From Thermoanaerobaculia bacterium (GTDB lineage Bacteria; Acidobacteriota; Thermoanaerobaculia; UBA5066): a DNA stretch of 64,000 nt. Where the stretch lies: positions 384,001 through 448,000 of the forward strand of contig CAWFJJ010000030.1 of the NCBI GenBank assembly GCA_963816185.1, written 5' to 3'. The notes beneath the pieces are model-generated. The model was not told the DNA's origin, searched no databases, and saw only the letters and a program-made list of their open reading frames with translations. Positions 53,743-63,927 of this stretch are shown in pieces; position 1 is the first letter of the stretch; each line of letters begins with the position of its first letter. Made by a program: the position numbers and the translations under genes.

Positions 53743-54614
53743 GGGAGCCTCTCGCCCCCCGGCCCGTTGTAGCGGTAAAAGCCGCGGCCTGTCTTCCGCC
53801 CGTACCAGCCCGCGTCGACCATCTGCACGAGGAGCGGGCACGGCCGGTACTTGTCGTCGCCGAGCCCGTAATGCAGGACGCGCAGAATCGCGAGGCAGGT
53901 ATCGAGGCCGATGAAGTCGGCAAGGACGAGCGGACCCATCGGGTGGTTCATGCCGAGCTTCATGATGCCGTCCACCGCTTCGGGTGTCGCGACGCCCTCG
54001 TGCACCGCGAAAAACGCCTCGTTCAGCATCGGCATGAGGATGCGGTTCGCCACGAAGCCCGGAAAGTCGCGGCACAGGAGCGGAGTTTTTCCGAGCTCCT
54101 TCGCGAGGGCGAGGACGGTTTCCGTCGTCTCGTCCGAGGTCGCAATCCCTCGGATCACCTCGACGAGCGCCATCACGGGCACGGGATTCATGAAGTGCAT
54201 CCCGATGAAGCGCTCCGGCCTCTTCGTACCGGCCGCGAGGCGCGTGATCGAGATGGACGACGTGTTCGTCGCGAGGATCGTGAGGGGCGGAACGAGCGAG
54301 TCGACTCGTGCGAGGAGGTCCCTCTTGACTGCCTCGTTCTCGACGATCGCCTCGACGACGAGCTCGGCCTCGGCGAGCCTCGAGAGGTCGGCCGTGGCGA
54401 CGATACGTTCGAGGGCGGCGTCCCGGTCCGAGCCCGAGACCTTGCCCTTTTCGACCTGGCGGGAGAGATTCTTCTCGATTCCCCGCAGGCCCTTTCCCGC
54501 GAGGTCGGGCGTCACGTCCACGAGCACGACCCTCTTGCCCGCGAGCGCCGCCACGTGCGCGATGCCCGCTCCCATCTGTCCGGCGCCCACGACGCCGATC
54601 GTTCCTTGTGTCAT
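53739..54614 (-). CDS. hbd: 3-hydroxybutyryl-CoA dehydrogenase
   Basis: GVVGAGQMGAGIA, EAIVE, ATNTSS, GMHFMNP, PGFVANR, HPMGPL. Confidence 0.93.
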   Translation of the reverse strand: MTQGTIGVVGAGQMGAGIAHVAALAGKRVVLVDVTPDLAGKGLRGIEKNLSRQVEKGKVSGSDRDAALERIVATADLSRLAEAELVVEAIVENEAVKRDLLARVDSLVPPLTILATNTSSISITRLAAGTKRPERFIGMHFMNPVPVMALVEVIRGIATSDETTETVLALAKELGKTPLLCRDFPGFVANRILMPMLNEAFFAVHEGVATPEAVDGIMKLGMNHPMGPLVLADFIGLDTCLAILRVLHYGLGDDKYRPCPLLVQMVDAGWYGRKTGRGFYRYNGPGGERLP

Positions 54615-54666
54615 CGGATCTCGTTCTCCTTCGCGGCCCTTCGCGAGGGCTCGCCGCCCGAGCCTA

Positions 54667-55643
54667 TCAGGAGGCTGCGAGCGCGAGGCGCCAGTCGCGT
54701 GAGGCCGCGGCTCCAAGCGACACGCCGATGCCCGCGAGCGAGGCGAGACCCCAGACGAGAGGACCCGCGACCGGAACGAGGGACGCGAGGCCGAGGAGGA
54801 GGAGGCCGATGCCGAGCGCAGCCGGATCGCCGAAAAGGAGATCGCCGCGCACGGCGCGGCGCGTCGTGCGGCGGCCCAGGACGACGAACAGAGCCGCGAG
54901 ACCGAAGATCTTCGCCGCGGCGAGAACCCCGAGCAGTGCGACGCCGAGGACGAGCGCGAACCGGGCCGGCAGGGCGGAGAGCGCGAACGCCTCGAGGAAG
55001 AGGGCGGTCAGGACCGCGGTCGCCCCGAGCGCCGCGAGAAACGCGAAGCGGCCTCGAGCTTCGTCCGCCGCCCGGAGGACCGGGCGGGGCGCGAAAAAGA
55101 GGAGGCCGACGGAAACGAGGAGCCAGCACAGGAGCAGAAACAGGCGGAAGGAGAGAATGAGCGGCGAGTTCTTGCCGGACGTCAGAGGCGACGTCTCGAG
55201 CTCGGAGACGACGGCCGCTTCGAGAGCGGTGATCGTCCGGATGTCGGCCCCCGACCTGCGGCGGGAACACGCTCGTCGTCGCGTTCGAAGAGCGGCCACC
55301 GGGGATTTCTTCGAAGGTGAGAGAACCGCCGACCGCAAGCACATCGCCATCGATGACGAGCGCCTCGTTTGATCGTCGCGTCCGCGCCGAGGAGGATCAG
55401 GTCGCGACGAATGTGGCCCGACACGACAGCCGTTCCTCCTCCGACGAGCACCGCGCTTCCTTCCAATTCACCTTCTAGGAAAACCTTCCTTCCGAGAGCC
55501 ACGACGTCGCCGGCGCGGATCGTTCCTTTCGGAATGGACAACGAGCCTTCCTCGGCCTTCGCGCGTGACGAGACTGCCGGAACGAGAATCAAAAGAAGAG
55601 CCAGAATCGCCCGGCTTCCGGTCGAGCGCGTCAAGCAGCTCAC
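54667..55643 (-). CDS. Membrane protein with polymer-forming (bactofilin-like) beta-repeat N-terminus (two frameshifts)
   Basis: Pieced from three ORFs: signal peptide + GDVVALG/GSAVLVGG/RDLILLG, then GDVLAVGG, then a multi-TM C-terminus ending LVPVAG...GIG. Confidence 0.7.
55304..55485. repeat. Inverted motif pair (locus K) inside a CDS
   Basis: GATTTCTTCGAAGGTGAGA ... AATTCACCTTCTAGGAAAACC. Confidence 0.75.
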
Positions 55644-55656
55644 TCGGGTTCCCGCG

Positions 55657-56178
55657 TCAGCCGCGACGCGCGCCGGTAGGCAGGCGCGAGGGGCGCCGAG
55701 CCAGCCGACGTGCAAGAAGCGCGAACGCGCCTCCCGAGGCGAACAGGGCTCCGGCGAGCGCCGGCCGAATGCCCGGCGCGCTTGCGAGCGCCGCCGCGAG
55801 AGCGCTCGCGAGAGCGGGCACGGCCGCGAGAAGCGCCGGCAGGCCTCCCGCCGTTCCCGCCGCCATCACGCGCGCCCACGTCTCGAACGCCGTAGCGGGC
55901 CCGAGCGACCAGAGAGGAGCGAGGAAAATGGCGAGGCTCGCCGCGAGGAGCGTGCCCGCCGTCAAGGCCGGAATGCGCCACGCCCTCGCCCGGCGGACCT
56001 CCCAGGCTGCGAATGGACGTGCCGCCATGACCCGGGCCGTCAGCTCTGCCTCGAAAGGAGCGGCCGGCGACGCCATAACACACTCATCCAGAACGAGTTC
56101 CAGGCGACGATCCCTCTCCAGGTCTTCCGGAGAGGGCGGCAGGTCGTCCTGAGCGCGGGCGCCGGTCAACTCGTTCAT
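55657..56178 (-). CDS. Putative membrane anti-sigma factor
   Basis: Directly downstream of the ECF sigma; LTARVMA motif followed by TM segments. Confidence 0.65.
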   Translation of the reverse strand: MNELTGARAQDDLPPSPEDLERDRRLELVLDECVMASPAAPFEAELTARVMAARPFAAWEVRRARAWRIPALTAGTLLAASLAIFLAPLWSLGPATAFETWARVMAAGTAGGLPALLAAVPALASALAAALASAPGIRPALAGALFASGGAFALLARRLARRPSRLPTGARRG

Positions 56179-56187
56179 CTCGTTCCT

Positions 56188-56769
56188 CTATACGATGTCC
56201 TTGGGCAAAAGATCTCGAAGCGCCTGTCGCGCCCGGAAGAGCTTGTTCTTGACCGTACCGAGGGGCATGCCTTTGAGCTCGGCGATCTCCTCGTAAGGCA
56301 TCTCTCCGTAGTGGCGAAGGCTGATGAGCTCGCGGTAGTCGTCCGGCAGACGTTCGATGGCCGCCGAAAGAGCCTCGCGAAGCCGGCGTCGGGTCAGGTC
56401 CTCGTGGGGATTCGGGCGCGTCTCGGGCGGATCCACGGCGCGAACCTCACCGTTCTCTCCGTGCGCGTGCTCGAGTGGCAGAGTCCGAACGCGTCGCCGA
56501 CGCAAGTGATCGATCGCCGCGTTCCCGGCGATCCGGAACAGCCAGGTCGAAAACTTGAAATGCGGGTCGAACGAGTCGAGGGCCCCGTACACTTTGATGA
56601 AGACGTCCTGAGTGACGTCGCGGGCATCCTCCACGTCATACGTGAAGCGCTCCACGTACCGTGAGACGCGCGTGCGATAGCGATTCACGAGGACAGCGTA
56701 GAGCTCCGCGTCGCCCGCGAGGACGAGCTTGACGATCTCGGCGTCCTCGCGCGTATCGGAGGCCGACAT
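56188..56769 (-). CDS. ECF RNA polymerase sigma factor
   Basis: [34 protein letters not shown]...[11 protein letters not shown]. Confidence 0.95.
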   Translation of the reverse strand: MSASDTREDAEIVKLVLAGDAELYAVLVNRYRTRVSRYVERFTYDVEDARDVTQDVFIKVYGALDSFDPHFKFSTWLFRIAGNAAIDHLRRRRVRTLPLEHAHGENGEVRAVDPPETRPNPHEDLTRRRLREALSAAIERLPDDYRELISLRHYGEMPYEEIAELKGMPLGTVKNKLFRARQALRDLLPKDIV

Positions 56770-56841
56770 GACGAGATGGTGTCATACCGTCCGGCATCGG
56801 GCAGAATACGCAGCCGGCCAGAGGCCTTCCGAGGAGGTACC

Positions 56842-58140
56842 GTGACTTTCAACCCCGAGTCCACGTCGGGCGTCCTGCACCGTCCCGCCCGCGGCGCGGC
56901 AATCAATCCCTTCGAGGAGATGGGGTCGCGCTTCGATCAGGCCGCCCGCCTCCTGAAGCTCGATGCCGGGCTCTGCAAGGTGCTGCGCGAGCCCATCAAG
57001 GAAGTGAAGGTGGCGATTCCCGTCATCATGGACGACGGAAGGATCGAGCTTTTCATCGGATACCGCGTGCATCACAACATCGCGCGCGGGCCCGCGAAGG
57101 GCGGAATCCGCTACGACCCGCACGTGACTCTCGACGAAGTGCGCGCTCTCGCCTCGTGGATGACGTGGAAGTGCGCCGTGATGAACATCCCGTTCGGGGG
57201 CGGCAAGGGCGGGGTCATCTGCGACCCGCGCAAGCTCTCGCGCGGCGAGCTCGAGCGAATCACGCGCCGGTATACCGCCGAGCTCATGGATGTCCTCGGA
57301 CCCGAGAAGGACGTTCCGGCCCCCGACGTCGGCACGGATTCCCAGACGATGGCGTGGCTCATGGACACGTACTCCATGCACATGCGCCACACCGTGACGA
57401 GCGTCGTCACCGGCAAGCCGATCACGATCGGCGGGTCGCGTGGCCGCGTCGAGGCCACGGGCCGGGGTGTCATGATCGCGGGCCGCGAGGCCGGAAAAGC
57501 CCATGGCGTGCCCCTGCAGGGCGCGCGCGTCGCTGTGCAGGGCTTCGGGAACGTCGGATCGATCTCGGCGAAGATGTTCTTCCTGCAGGGCGCCAAGGTC
57601 ATCGCGGTGTCCGACGTGGGCGGCGCCATCCAGAACAGGGCCGGGCTCGACGTTCCCGCGCTCCTCGAGCACGTCGCGAGGACGAAAACGGTCGTGGGCT
57701 TCCCGGGGAGCACGCCTCTCGACGCGGACGACCTCCTCACGATCGACTGCGAAATCCTCGTCCCGGCCGCCCTCGAGAACCAGATCACGACCGAAAACGC
57801 CAAGGACATCCGCGCGAAGATCATCCTCGAGGGCGCGAACGGGCCCACGACGTACGACGCCGACGAGGTCCTCCAGAAGAAAGGCGTCGTCGTCATCCCG
57901 GACATCCTCGCGAACGGCGGGGGCGTCACCGTTTCCTACTTCGAATGGGTGCAGGACCGGATGGGCTTCTTCTGGCGCGAGCAGGAGGTCAACGAACGCC
58001 TCGAGGAGATGATGGTGCAGTCCTTCGGCGACGTGCGCGACATGGCCGCGGCCAACGGCGTCTCGTACCGCATCGCGGCTTACATGGTCGCGATCCAGCG
58101 CGTCGCCTACGACATGCAGGTGCGTGGTCTCTACGCCTGA
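56842..58140 (+). CDS. gdhA: Glu/Leu/Phe/Val (glutamate) dehydrogenase
   Basis: [44 protein letters not shown]; SD GAGGAGG before GTG 56842. Confidence 0.93.
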   Translation: MTFNPESTSGVLHRPARGAAINPFEEMGSRFDQAARLLKLDAGLCKVLREPIKEVKVAIPVIMDDGRIELFIGYRVHHNIARGPAKGGIRYDPHVTLDEVRALASWMTWKCAVMNIPFGGGKGGVICDPRKLSRGELERITRRYTAELMDVLGPEKDVPAPDVGTDSQTMAWLMDTYSMHMRHTVTSVVTGKPITIGGSRGRVEATGRGVMIAGREAGKAHGVPLQGARVAVQGFGNVGSISAKMFFLQGAKVIAVSDVGGAIQNRAGLDVPALLEHVARTKTVVGFPGSTPLDADDLLTIDCEILVPAALENQITTENAKDIRAKIILEGANGPTTYDADEVLQKKGVVVIPDILANGGGVTVSYFEWVQDRMGFFWREQEVNERLEEMMVQSFGDVRDMAAANGVSYRIAAYMVAIQRVAYDMQVRGLYA

Positions 58141-58888
58141 CGGGACCGCCATCCCGTCGATCCGGTTCGACGGGGCGACCAAGAACTACGGCCGGAAGAC
58201 GGCGCTTAAGAGCCTCACGCTCGACGTGCCGGCGGGCGCCGTCTTCGCCCTCGTGGGCCCGAACGGCGCCGGCAAGACGACGGCGATCGGGCTCCTGACC
58301 GGACTTCTCGCGCCGACGGCGGGGCGCACGTTCGTGTGCGGGATCGACATCGCCCGCGATCCCGTCGAGGCAAAGAAGCACCTGGGTTTCGTGCCGGACC
58401 GCCCGTATCTCTGGCCGAAGTGGACGCCGCGAGAGACCCTGCGCTTCGTGGGAGCCGCGTTCGGGGGCCGCGCAGCGGCACTCGAGGAGCGCATCGAAGC
58501 CGAACTCGACGCGTTCGACCTGGCCGAGGTTTCCTCCGCGCGCAACGAAACCCTGTCCCACGGCACGCGGCAGCGTGTGGCCCTCGCGCAGGCGTTTCTG
58601 CACGATCCGTCCGTCCTCGTCCTCGACGAGCCCATGGTCGGCCTCGATCCGCTCGCCCAGCGCGGGCTATCCGAACGCCTGCGGGCTCACGCGGCGGGGG
58701 GCTCGGCGGTCCTCCTCACGACCCATCAGCTCGCGCTCGCCGAGGAGATCGCGACCGCCGTAGGCCTCCTCGTCGAAGGCCGGCTCGTCGCGAGCGGCCC
58801 TCCGCGGAATCTCGAGAGCGCCTCGGGCCGCGGAGGCGCGCTGTCGGACGTCTTTTTCGACCTCGCGGGCGGGCCGCCCAAGCCGTGA
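58124..58888 (+). CDS. ABC transporter ATP-binding protein
   Basis: [30 protein letters not shown]. Confidence 0.92.
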   Translation: MVSTPDGTAIPSIRFDGATKNYGRKTALKSLTLDVPAGAVFALVGPNGAGKTTAIGLLTGLLAPTAGRTFVCGIDIARDPVEAKKHLGFVPDRPYLWPKWTPRETLRFVGAAFGGRAAALEERIEAELDAFDLAEVSSARNETLSHGTRQRVALAQAFLHDPSVLVLDEPMVGLDPLAQRGLSERLRAHAAGGSAVLLTTHQLALAEEIATAVGLLVEGRLVASGPPRNLESASGRGGALSDVFFDLAGGPPKP

Positions 58889-60537
58889 ACGCGACCTTCC
58901 GATGGAACTCCGCGCGGGCCGCGGGGCGGACGCTTCTGGCAGGCGACTCCCGCGGGCGCCTCGCCACCTTCGCGGGACTCGGCGCTCTCCTCGCGTTCAC
59001 CGGCCTGGAAACGGTCGGCCTGGAGGGTGCCCTCCGCGCCTCGCGCGCCGCCCTGGGCGAGCTGCCCGAGATCCGGCCTGCATTTCTCCTCGAGCGCCTC
59101 CTCGGGCTCGCGTTCGCGGCCGCCCTCGCCCTTGGATTCCTCGGATCGCTCACGACGGCGATCTCCACGCTCTTCCTCTCGGACGAGCTCGGCGCCCTGT
59201 GCGTCCTTCCCTTCGCGCACCGGCGTCTCGTCTTGAGGCAGGCGTTTCTCACGCTCGCCCTCGCGTCCGCGCCGGCGGTTCTCCTTTCGATCCCCGCCCT
59301 TCTCGTCGCCGCTCTCGCCACCCGCCGTCCGCTTCTCGCGTTCGCAGCGGGCGCCGTGCCGCTCGCCGGCGTGATGCTCCTCGCGGGCGCGACAGGGATC
59401 GCGGCGGCTCTCCTCCTCGTACGCCTCGTGCCCCCGAGGCGCGCCCGCCTGCTCGCGGCCTTCCTGTCGGCGACCGGCCTCGCCGCGGCCCTCGTCGGCT
59501 TCCGTGCCGCCCGGCCGGAGCGCCTTCTCGATCCGACCGAGGCTCTCGCCGTCGTGACGCGCCTGGGTGCCGTGCGCCCCTCTTCGCCGGGACTCCAACC
59601 GGCCGCGTGGGCCGCACGCGCAGCGACGCGCGGCCTCTTCGGCGACGCGGGGGGCCTCGCTCCAGGCGTTGCGCTCTTTCTCGCAGGCCTGGCCGTCTTT
59701 CTTCTCGTTCCGACCGCTCTCTGGCGCCTCCATCTCCACGTGCTCCGCGACTCGTGGCCGGGATCGGCGGCGACGGCTGGCCCGGCGGGCCGCGGCTCCG
59801 AGGCCCGTTCGCTCGGCGGGGTGCTCGTGCGCTCCGAAGCGGCGAGTCTTCTCCGCGACGCCTCGACGCCGGCGCAGCTCGGGTCGTTGGCCGCCGTGTT
59901 CCTGCTCGACCTGATGAACGTCCGGCTCCTGCCAGGGACGGACGCCGCCGCACGCGACCTCGTGGCGGGTTTGCAGACCGGCCTCTCGCTCTTCCTCGTC
60001 TCCGCGCTGTCGCTGCGCTTCGCCTATCCGTCGGTCTCGTCCGACGGCCGCGCGGCGCTCGTCCTCCGGACGCTGCCCCTCGACCCGCGGCTCCACCTCT
60101 TCGTCCGGTGGGCCGTCCGCGCCTTTCCGGCCGCGGGCGTCGGCCTCGCCCTGACCGGCGCCAGCCTGCTCGTCCTCCGGCCCGGAAAGACGATCTCCGC
60201 GCTCGCGCTCGTCGCGGCGTTCGCCGGGAGCCTCGCGATTCCGGCGCTCCACGTCGGCCTCGGCGCCCTTTTCCCGCGCTACGACGCGCCGAACGCGGTG
60301 AGCGTGGCGCTCTCCACGGGAGGACTTTTCGCCCTCGTATTCTCGACGGGGCTCTCGCTGTTCTCGACGCTCGTCGTATCCGCGGAGCTGCAGACGCTGC
60401 TCGGAACACTTCTGAAGATCCGGATGGGGCCCTTGCCGCTCCTCACTGCGTTCCTCATCCTGGCGGTGGCCGCTGCGATCGTCCCGCTGGCACTAGCCGC
60501 GCGGTCGCTCGCGACAAAAGACATCGCCATCGGGTGA
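58885..60537 (+). CDS. Putative ABC exporter permease
   Basis: GTGA overlap; TLFLSDEL, LRFAYPSVSSDG, many TMs. Confidence 0.85.
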   Translation: MNATFRWNSARAAGRTLLAGDSRGRLATFAGLGALLAFTGLETVGLEGALRASRAALGELPEIRPAFLLERLLGLAFAAALALGFLGSLTTAISTLFLSDELGALCVLPFAHRRLVLRQAFLTLALASAPAVLLSIPALLVAALATRRPLLAFAAGAVPLAGVMLLAGATGIAAALLLVRLVPPRRARLLAAFLSATGLAAALVGFRAARPERLLDPTEALAVVTRLGAVRPSSPGLQPAAWAARAATRGLFGDAGGLAPGVALFLAGLAVFLLVPTALWRLHLHVLRDSWPGSAATAGPAGRGSEARSLGGVLVRSEAASLLRDASTPAQLGSLAAVFLLDLMNVRLLPGTDAAARDLVAGLQTGLSLFLVSALSLRFAYPSVSSDGRAALVLRTLPLDPRLHLFVRWAVRAFPAAGVGLALTGASLLVLRPGKTISALALVAAFAGSLAIPALHVGLGALFPRYDAPNAVSVALSTGGLFALVFSTGLSLFSTLVVSAELQTLLGTLLKIRMGPLPLLTAFLILAVAAAIVPLALAARSLATKDIAIG

Positions 60538-60633
60538 CCTTCTAAGAAGATCTTCTTAGAAGGGTGAATGAGCGAGGCGCTCATGAGCAAGGCGTCGGCC
60601 TGGCAACCGGCACGGGACCTTCTAAGCAAAGAT
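60535..60633. repeat. Motif cluster (locus L) between convergent genes, containing a perfect 26 bp palindrome
   Basis: CCTTCTAAGAAGATCTTCTTAGAAGG (60538-60563), then GTGAATGA ... ACCTTCTAAGCAAAGAT. Confidence 0.88.
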
Positions 60634-60658
60634 ATTTGGTGCTCTTCGAACGCCGCAC

Positions 60659-61570
60659 TCAAGGGACGGCGTGTAGCGGCGGGTCGCCGCGCGCGAAGCG
60701 CGCGATCTCCTCGCACGCGAGGCGCGCCATCGCGAGGCGCGTCTCGACGGTGGCCGAGCCGAGATGCGGAAGGAGAACGACGTTGGGAAGGGAGAGCAGC
60801 CCGGCGTGAATCGCAGGCTCTTTCTCGTAGACGTCCAGGCCCGCCCCCGAAAGATGCTTCGAGTGAAGGGCCGCAACCAGCGCGCCTTCGTCCACGATCG
60901 GGCCGCGCGCGGTGTTGATCAGGATCGCTCCCTTCTTCATTCGCAGAAGCTCTTCCTCTCCGAATCTTCCGCGAGTCCCCTCGGTCAAAGGCGCATGGAT
61001 CGACAGGACGTCGAGCTTCGAAAGAAAATCTTCGAACTCCTCTTCCGTGCCATCCCTGTCGAAAGAGAGGACTCTCATCCCGAACGCCTCGCCTCGGCGC
61101 GCGGCGGCGCGGCCGATCCGGCCCATGCCGTAGATCCCGAGCGTCTTCCCCGAGAGAGAGATGCCGAGGAGCTCCTGCGGCTTCCAGCCGTCCCATGCCC
61201 TCGAGCGCGCCAGCGCCTCGCCTTCGCGAATCCGCCGCGCGACCGCGAGGATCAGCGCCCAGGCGAGATCGGCCGTGGCGTCCGTGAGGACGTCGGGCGT
61301 GTTCGTGACGAGGATCCCGCGGGATCGGCAGGCTGCGAGGTCGATGTGATCGACGCCGACCGAGTGGCTCGCGACGATTTGGACCCGCGGCGACGCGGCG
61401 AGGACCTCGGCTGTGATCGGCTCACGCGGCGTCGGAAGGAGTGCGTCGGCGTCGTGGAGGAGCGGCCACTCGGAGCGCGGCAGGTTCCCGCCGCCGGTGA
61501 CGACGGTATGCCCGGCGAGGATCTCGGTCGTCGAGGGCTCGACGAGAGGCTGACCGACGAAGACTTTCAC
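60659..61570 (-). CDS. D-2-hydroxyacid dehydrogenase (glyoxylate reductase/D-glycerate dehydrogenase)
   Basis: VGVDHID, TNTPDVLT, GIYGMGRIG, INTARG, LDVYEKEP, PHLGSAT. Confidence 0.93.
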   Translation of the reverse strand: MKVFVGQPLVEPSTTEILAGHTVVTGGGNLPRSEWPLLHDADALLPTPREPITAEVLAASPRVQIVASHSVGVDHIDLAACRSRGILVTNTPDVLTDATADLAWALILAVARRIREGEALARSRAWDGWKPQELLGISLSGKTLGIYGMGRIGRAAARRGEAFGMRVLSFDRDGTEEEFEDFLSKLDVLSIHAPLTEGTRGRFGEEELLRMKKGAILINTARGPIVDEGALVAALHSKHLSGAGLDVYEKEPAIHAGLLSLPNVVLLPHLGSATVETRLAMARLACEEIARFARGDPPLHAVP

Positions 61571-61740
61571 GGCGTCTTGAACGGGCGCACGAGAAGCCAG
61601 CCCGCGACAAAAATGCCGCCGCCGGCAAAGAACATGCGCTCCTCGTAACGGAGGTCGTTCCGCAGGAGTCCGATGGCGAGGCCGAGACCCACGAGCGCGA
61701 GGCCGACGAGCTGCAGACCTCGCCCGAGCGCAAATCTCAC
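61567..61740 (-). CDS. Small two-TM membrane protein
   Basis: GTGA overlaps at both ends; RFALGRGLQLVGL...GGGIFVAGWLL. Confidence 0.7.
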   Translation of the reverse strand: MRFALGRGLQLVGLALVGLGLAIGLLRNDLRYEERMFFAGGGIFVAGWLLVRPFKTP

Positions 61741-63910
61741 GGCACGGCTCCCGGCGGCCTGACCTCGCGCGGGCGGGATGTCACACGCACGGACACGAGA
61801 CGGTCGTCCTGCTCGATGCGGTCGAGGACCTCCCATCCCTCGAGGACGCGCCCGAACACGGTGTAGCCGCCGTCGAGGTGGGGCTGCGAAGAAAGCGCGA
61901 CGAACCACTGCGACCCGCCCGTGTCCGCTCCTGAGAGCGCCATCCCCACGGCGCCGCGCGTGTAGCGCACCGGGTTGATCTCGTCGCGAATCGCATAGGC
62001 GGGACCGCCTCTCCCTTCGCCGCGCGGGTCGCCCGTCTGGACGACGAAGTCCGGCACGACGCGGTGGATCACCAACCCGTCGAAGAACCGCTTCGCAGCG
62101 AGCGCGCGAAAGCTCTCGACCGTGAGGGGCGCGTCCTCGGCGAGAAGCTCCATTCGGAATGCGCCGCGCGCCGTCGCGACCTCCGCCTCGAAGAGCGACT
62201 CGTTCGACGCGCGCGCGACACGGTCGTAATCCTCCGTCGAGAGCCGCGTCGCAACCGGGATCGGCCGGAAGGAAGCGGCGGAAGCGCCGTATTTTTCGAT
62301 CAGGAGGCGCCGCGCCTTCTCGCGCATGACAGCGTCCGAGTCGTTCGCATGCGCGGCCACGAGGGCGTGTCCGGCCTCCCCCCGTGCCGCCGCGGCGTCG
62401 AGCGCCCCGACGGTGAAGTCCGGTTCGGCCGACTCGAACGCGCGTTCGAACGCGGCCGACCACACCCGCCTGAGTTTTGCGCTCCCTTTCTCGAGAAGCG
62501 GCGCGGCCGCATCGAGCGCCACGTCCCTCACTGCGGCGTCGCGGTCGATCAGGCCGGCGAGAAGATACGCGGAGCGCTTCGGAGAATCCTGCTTGGAAAG
62601 GGAAGCGAGGGCTGCGGCGCGGACGCGCGCGAACGGGTCGGAATGAAGGGCCGTCGCCACCTGCACGTCCAGGGCGCTCTCCCCATTCAGGAACTTGAGC
62701 GCTTCCGCAGCACCGAGCCTCAGCTCGAGTGAGTCGCTCGCGGATGCCGCATCCAGTCTCTTCGCCGCCGCCTCCGGTGCCCGCGCAGCGTCGAGGCGCG
62801 TCAGAGAGACGAGGGCCGTCTGCCCACGCCACCCCTTTCGAAGAAGGTTCTCATCGAGCGCCGCACGCGACGCGGGCGAGTCGGGCAAGACCCCGAGCAG
62901 ACGCAGGGCGGCGATTGCCACTCCGGGAAGGGGGTCGTTGGCCCGCGCGACGGCCACGTCGAGAGCGCTGCGAGTCAGCTCGTCACCGACGGAGACGGGG
63001 ATTTTCTTAGAAAATGAATGCAGCGCGGCCAAGGCCTGTACGGCAACCGAGATGTCACGCGCTCGACGCGAGGCGGATCAGGTCTCCGGTGCTCTCCTCG
63101 TCTTCGAGGATTCCCATTGCCGCGCGCGGCCCAAGCGACTTCCTCGCTCGACGGCGCAGCCGGATTCTCATGCCCCTCTCTAAGCACCGCGCGAAGCGCG
63201 GAAGGTTCCTCCTCCCCCGCGCGGAGCGCGGGAGGATCCCCGCTCCCCTTTCTGAGCACCGCGCGAAGCGCGGGCGCCGCCTCCGGCTGAGGCTTGCGAG
63301 ACAGGGCATAAACGACCGCTCGCCTGAGCGCGGGAGCAAGATCCTTCTCTCCGAACGCGGTGAGGAGCGCCGTCACCGTCCGCGCCTCGGGCTTCCGAAA
63401 GAGCGCGAGAGCGCATGCCGGCCTCGGACCGGCCGGTTTTGCGAGAGACGCGAGGAGCGCGTCCGTGGCGTCCTTCCCCCCGATCTTCCCGAGCGCCTCG
63501 GCGGCGTTCGCGGCGGTCTCGACGTCCGGGTCCCCGAGCGCCGCGACGAGAAAGCGCAGGAGGCGCGCGTCGCCCGAGAGCCCCGCGCCGAACGTGGCCG
63601 CGCGGCGCACGAGGGGCTCCGCGTCCTTCAGGAGCACCGGCAGGTACACGGACGCGTCAGGATCCTTGAGGCGGGAGACCGCGAGCGCGGTTTTCGCGCG
63701 CAGCCAGGGGTCGGGCGAGGCGGCTGCGTGGCCCGAGAGGAGCGGATCGTACGCGCGGCGGTCCTCCATGCGGAGGAGGTCCGCGAATCCGATGAGGCGC
63801 TCGCGGTACGTGCCTTTCGGCAGGCCCTTCTCGGCGCCGAATGTGACACAGCCCGCGAGGACGACGAACGCGACGAGCGCGGCGAGCGCGCGAGGGTGGG
63901 CGCTTCGCAT
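61737..63910 (-). CDS. Lipoprotein with HEAT repeats and C-terminal cyclophilin-type PPIase (frameshifts ~63050-63125)
   Basis: Lipobox VLAGC, HEAT repeats, then APLTVESF, HRVVPDFVVQTGDPRG, GMALSGADTGGSQWF, HLDGGYTVFGRV. Confidence 0.85.
62831..63273. repeat. Motif cluster (locus M) with a 72 bp-period duplication
   Basis: ACCCCTTTCGAAGAAGG (62831), GATTTTCTTAGAAAATGAATG (63000), and CT[A/G]AGCACCGCGCGAAGCGCGG at 63180 and 63252. Confidence 0.7.
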
Positions 63911-63927
63911 CGCTCGGACCGACTCCT

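Noticed and set aside
11380-63125. Frameshifts in mutY, ku, the acyl-CoA ligase, the bactofilin-like gene and HEAT-cyclophilin, considered as programmed frameshifting or pseudogenes
   Set aside because: Most fall in short homopolymer or CG-repeat runs, no slippery heptamer is shared, and both halves remain conserved. Long-read indel errors are the most likely cause, though this cannot be proven without reads.
820-63273. Dispersed repeat considered as a CRISPR array or classical REP/IS element
   Set aside because: Copies are inverted pairs kilobases apart, with no regular repeat-spacer array, no cas or transposase gene in the window, and no conserved interior.
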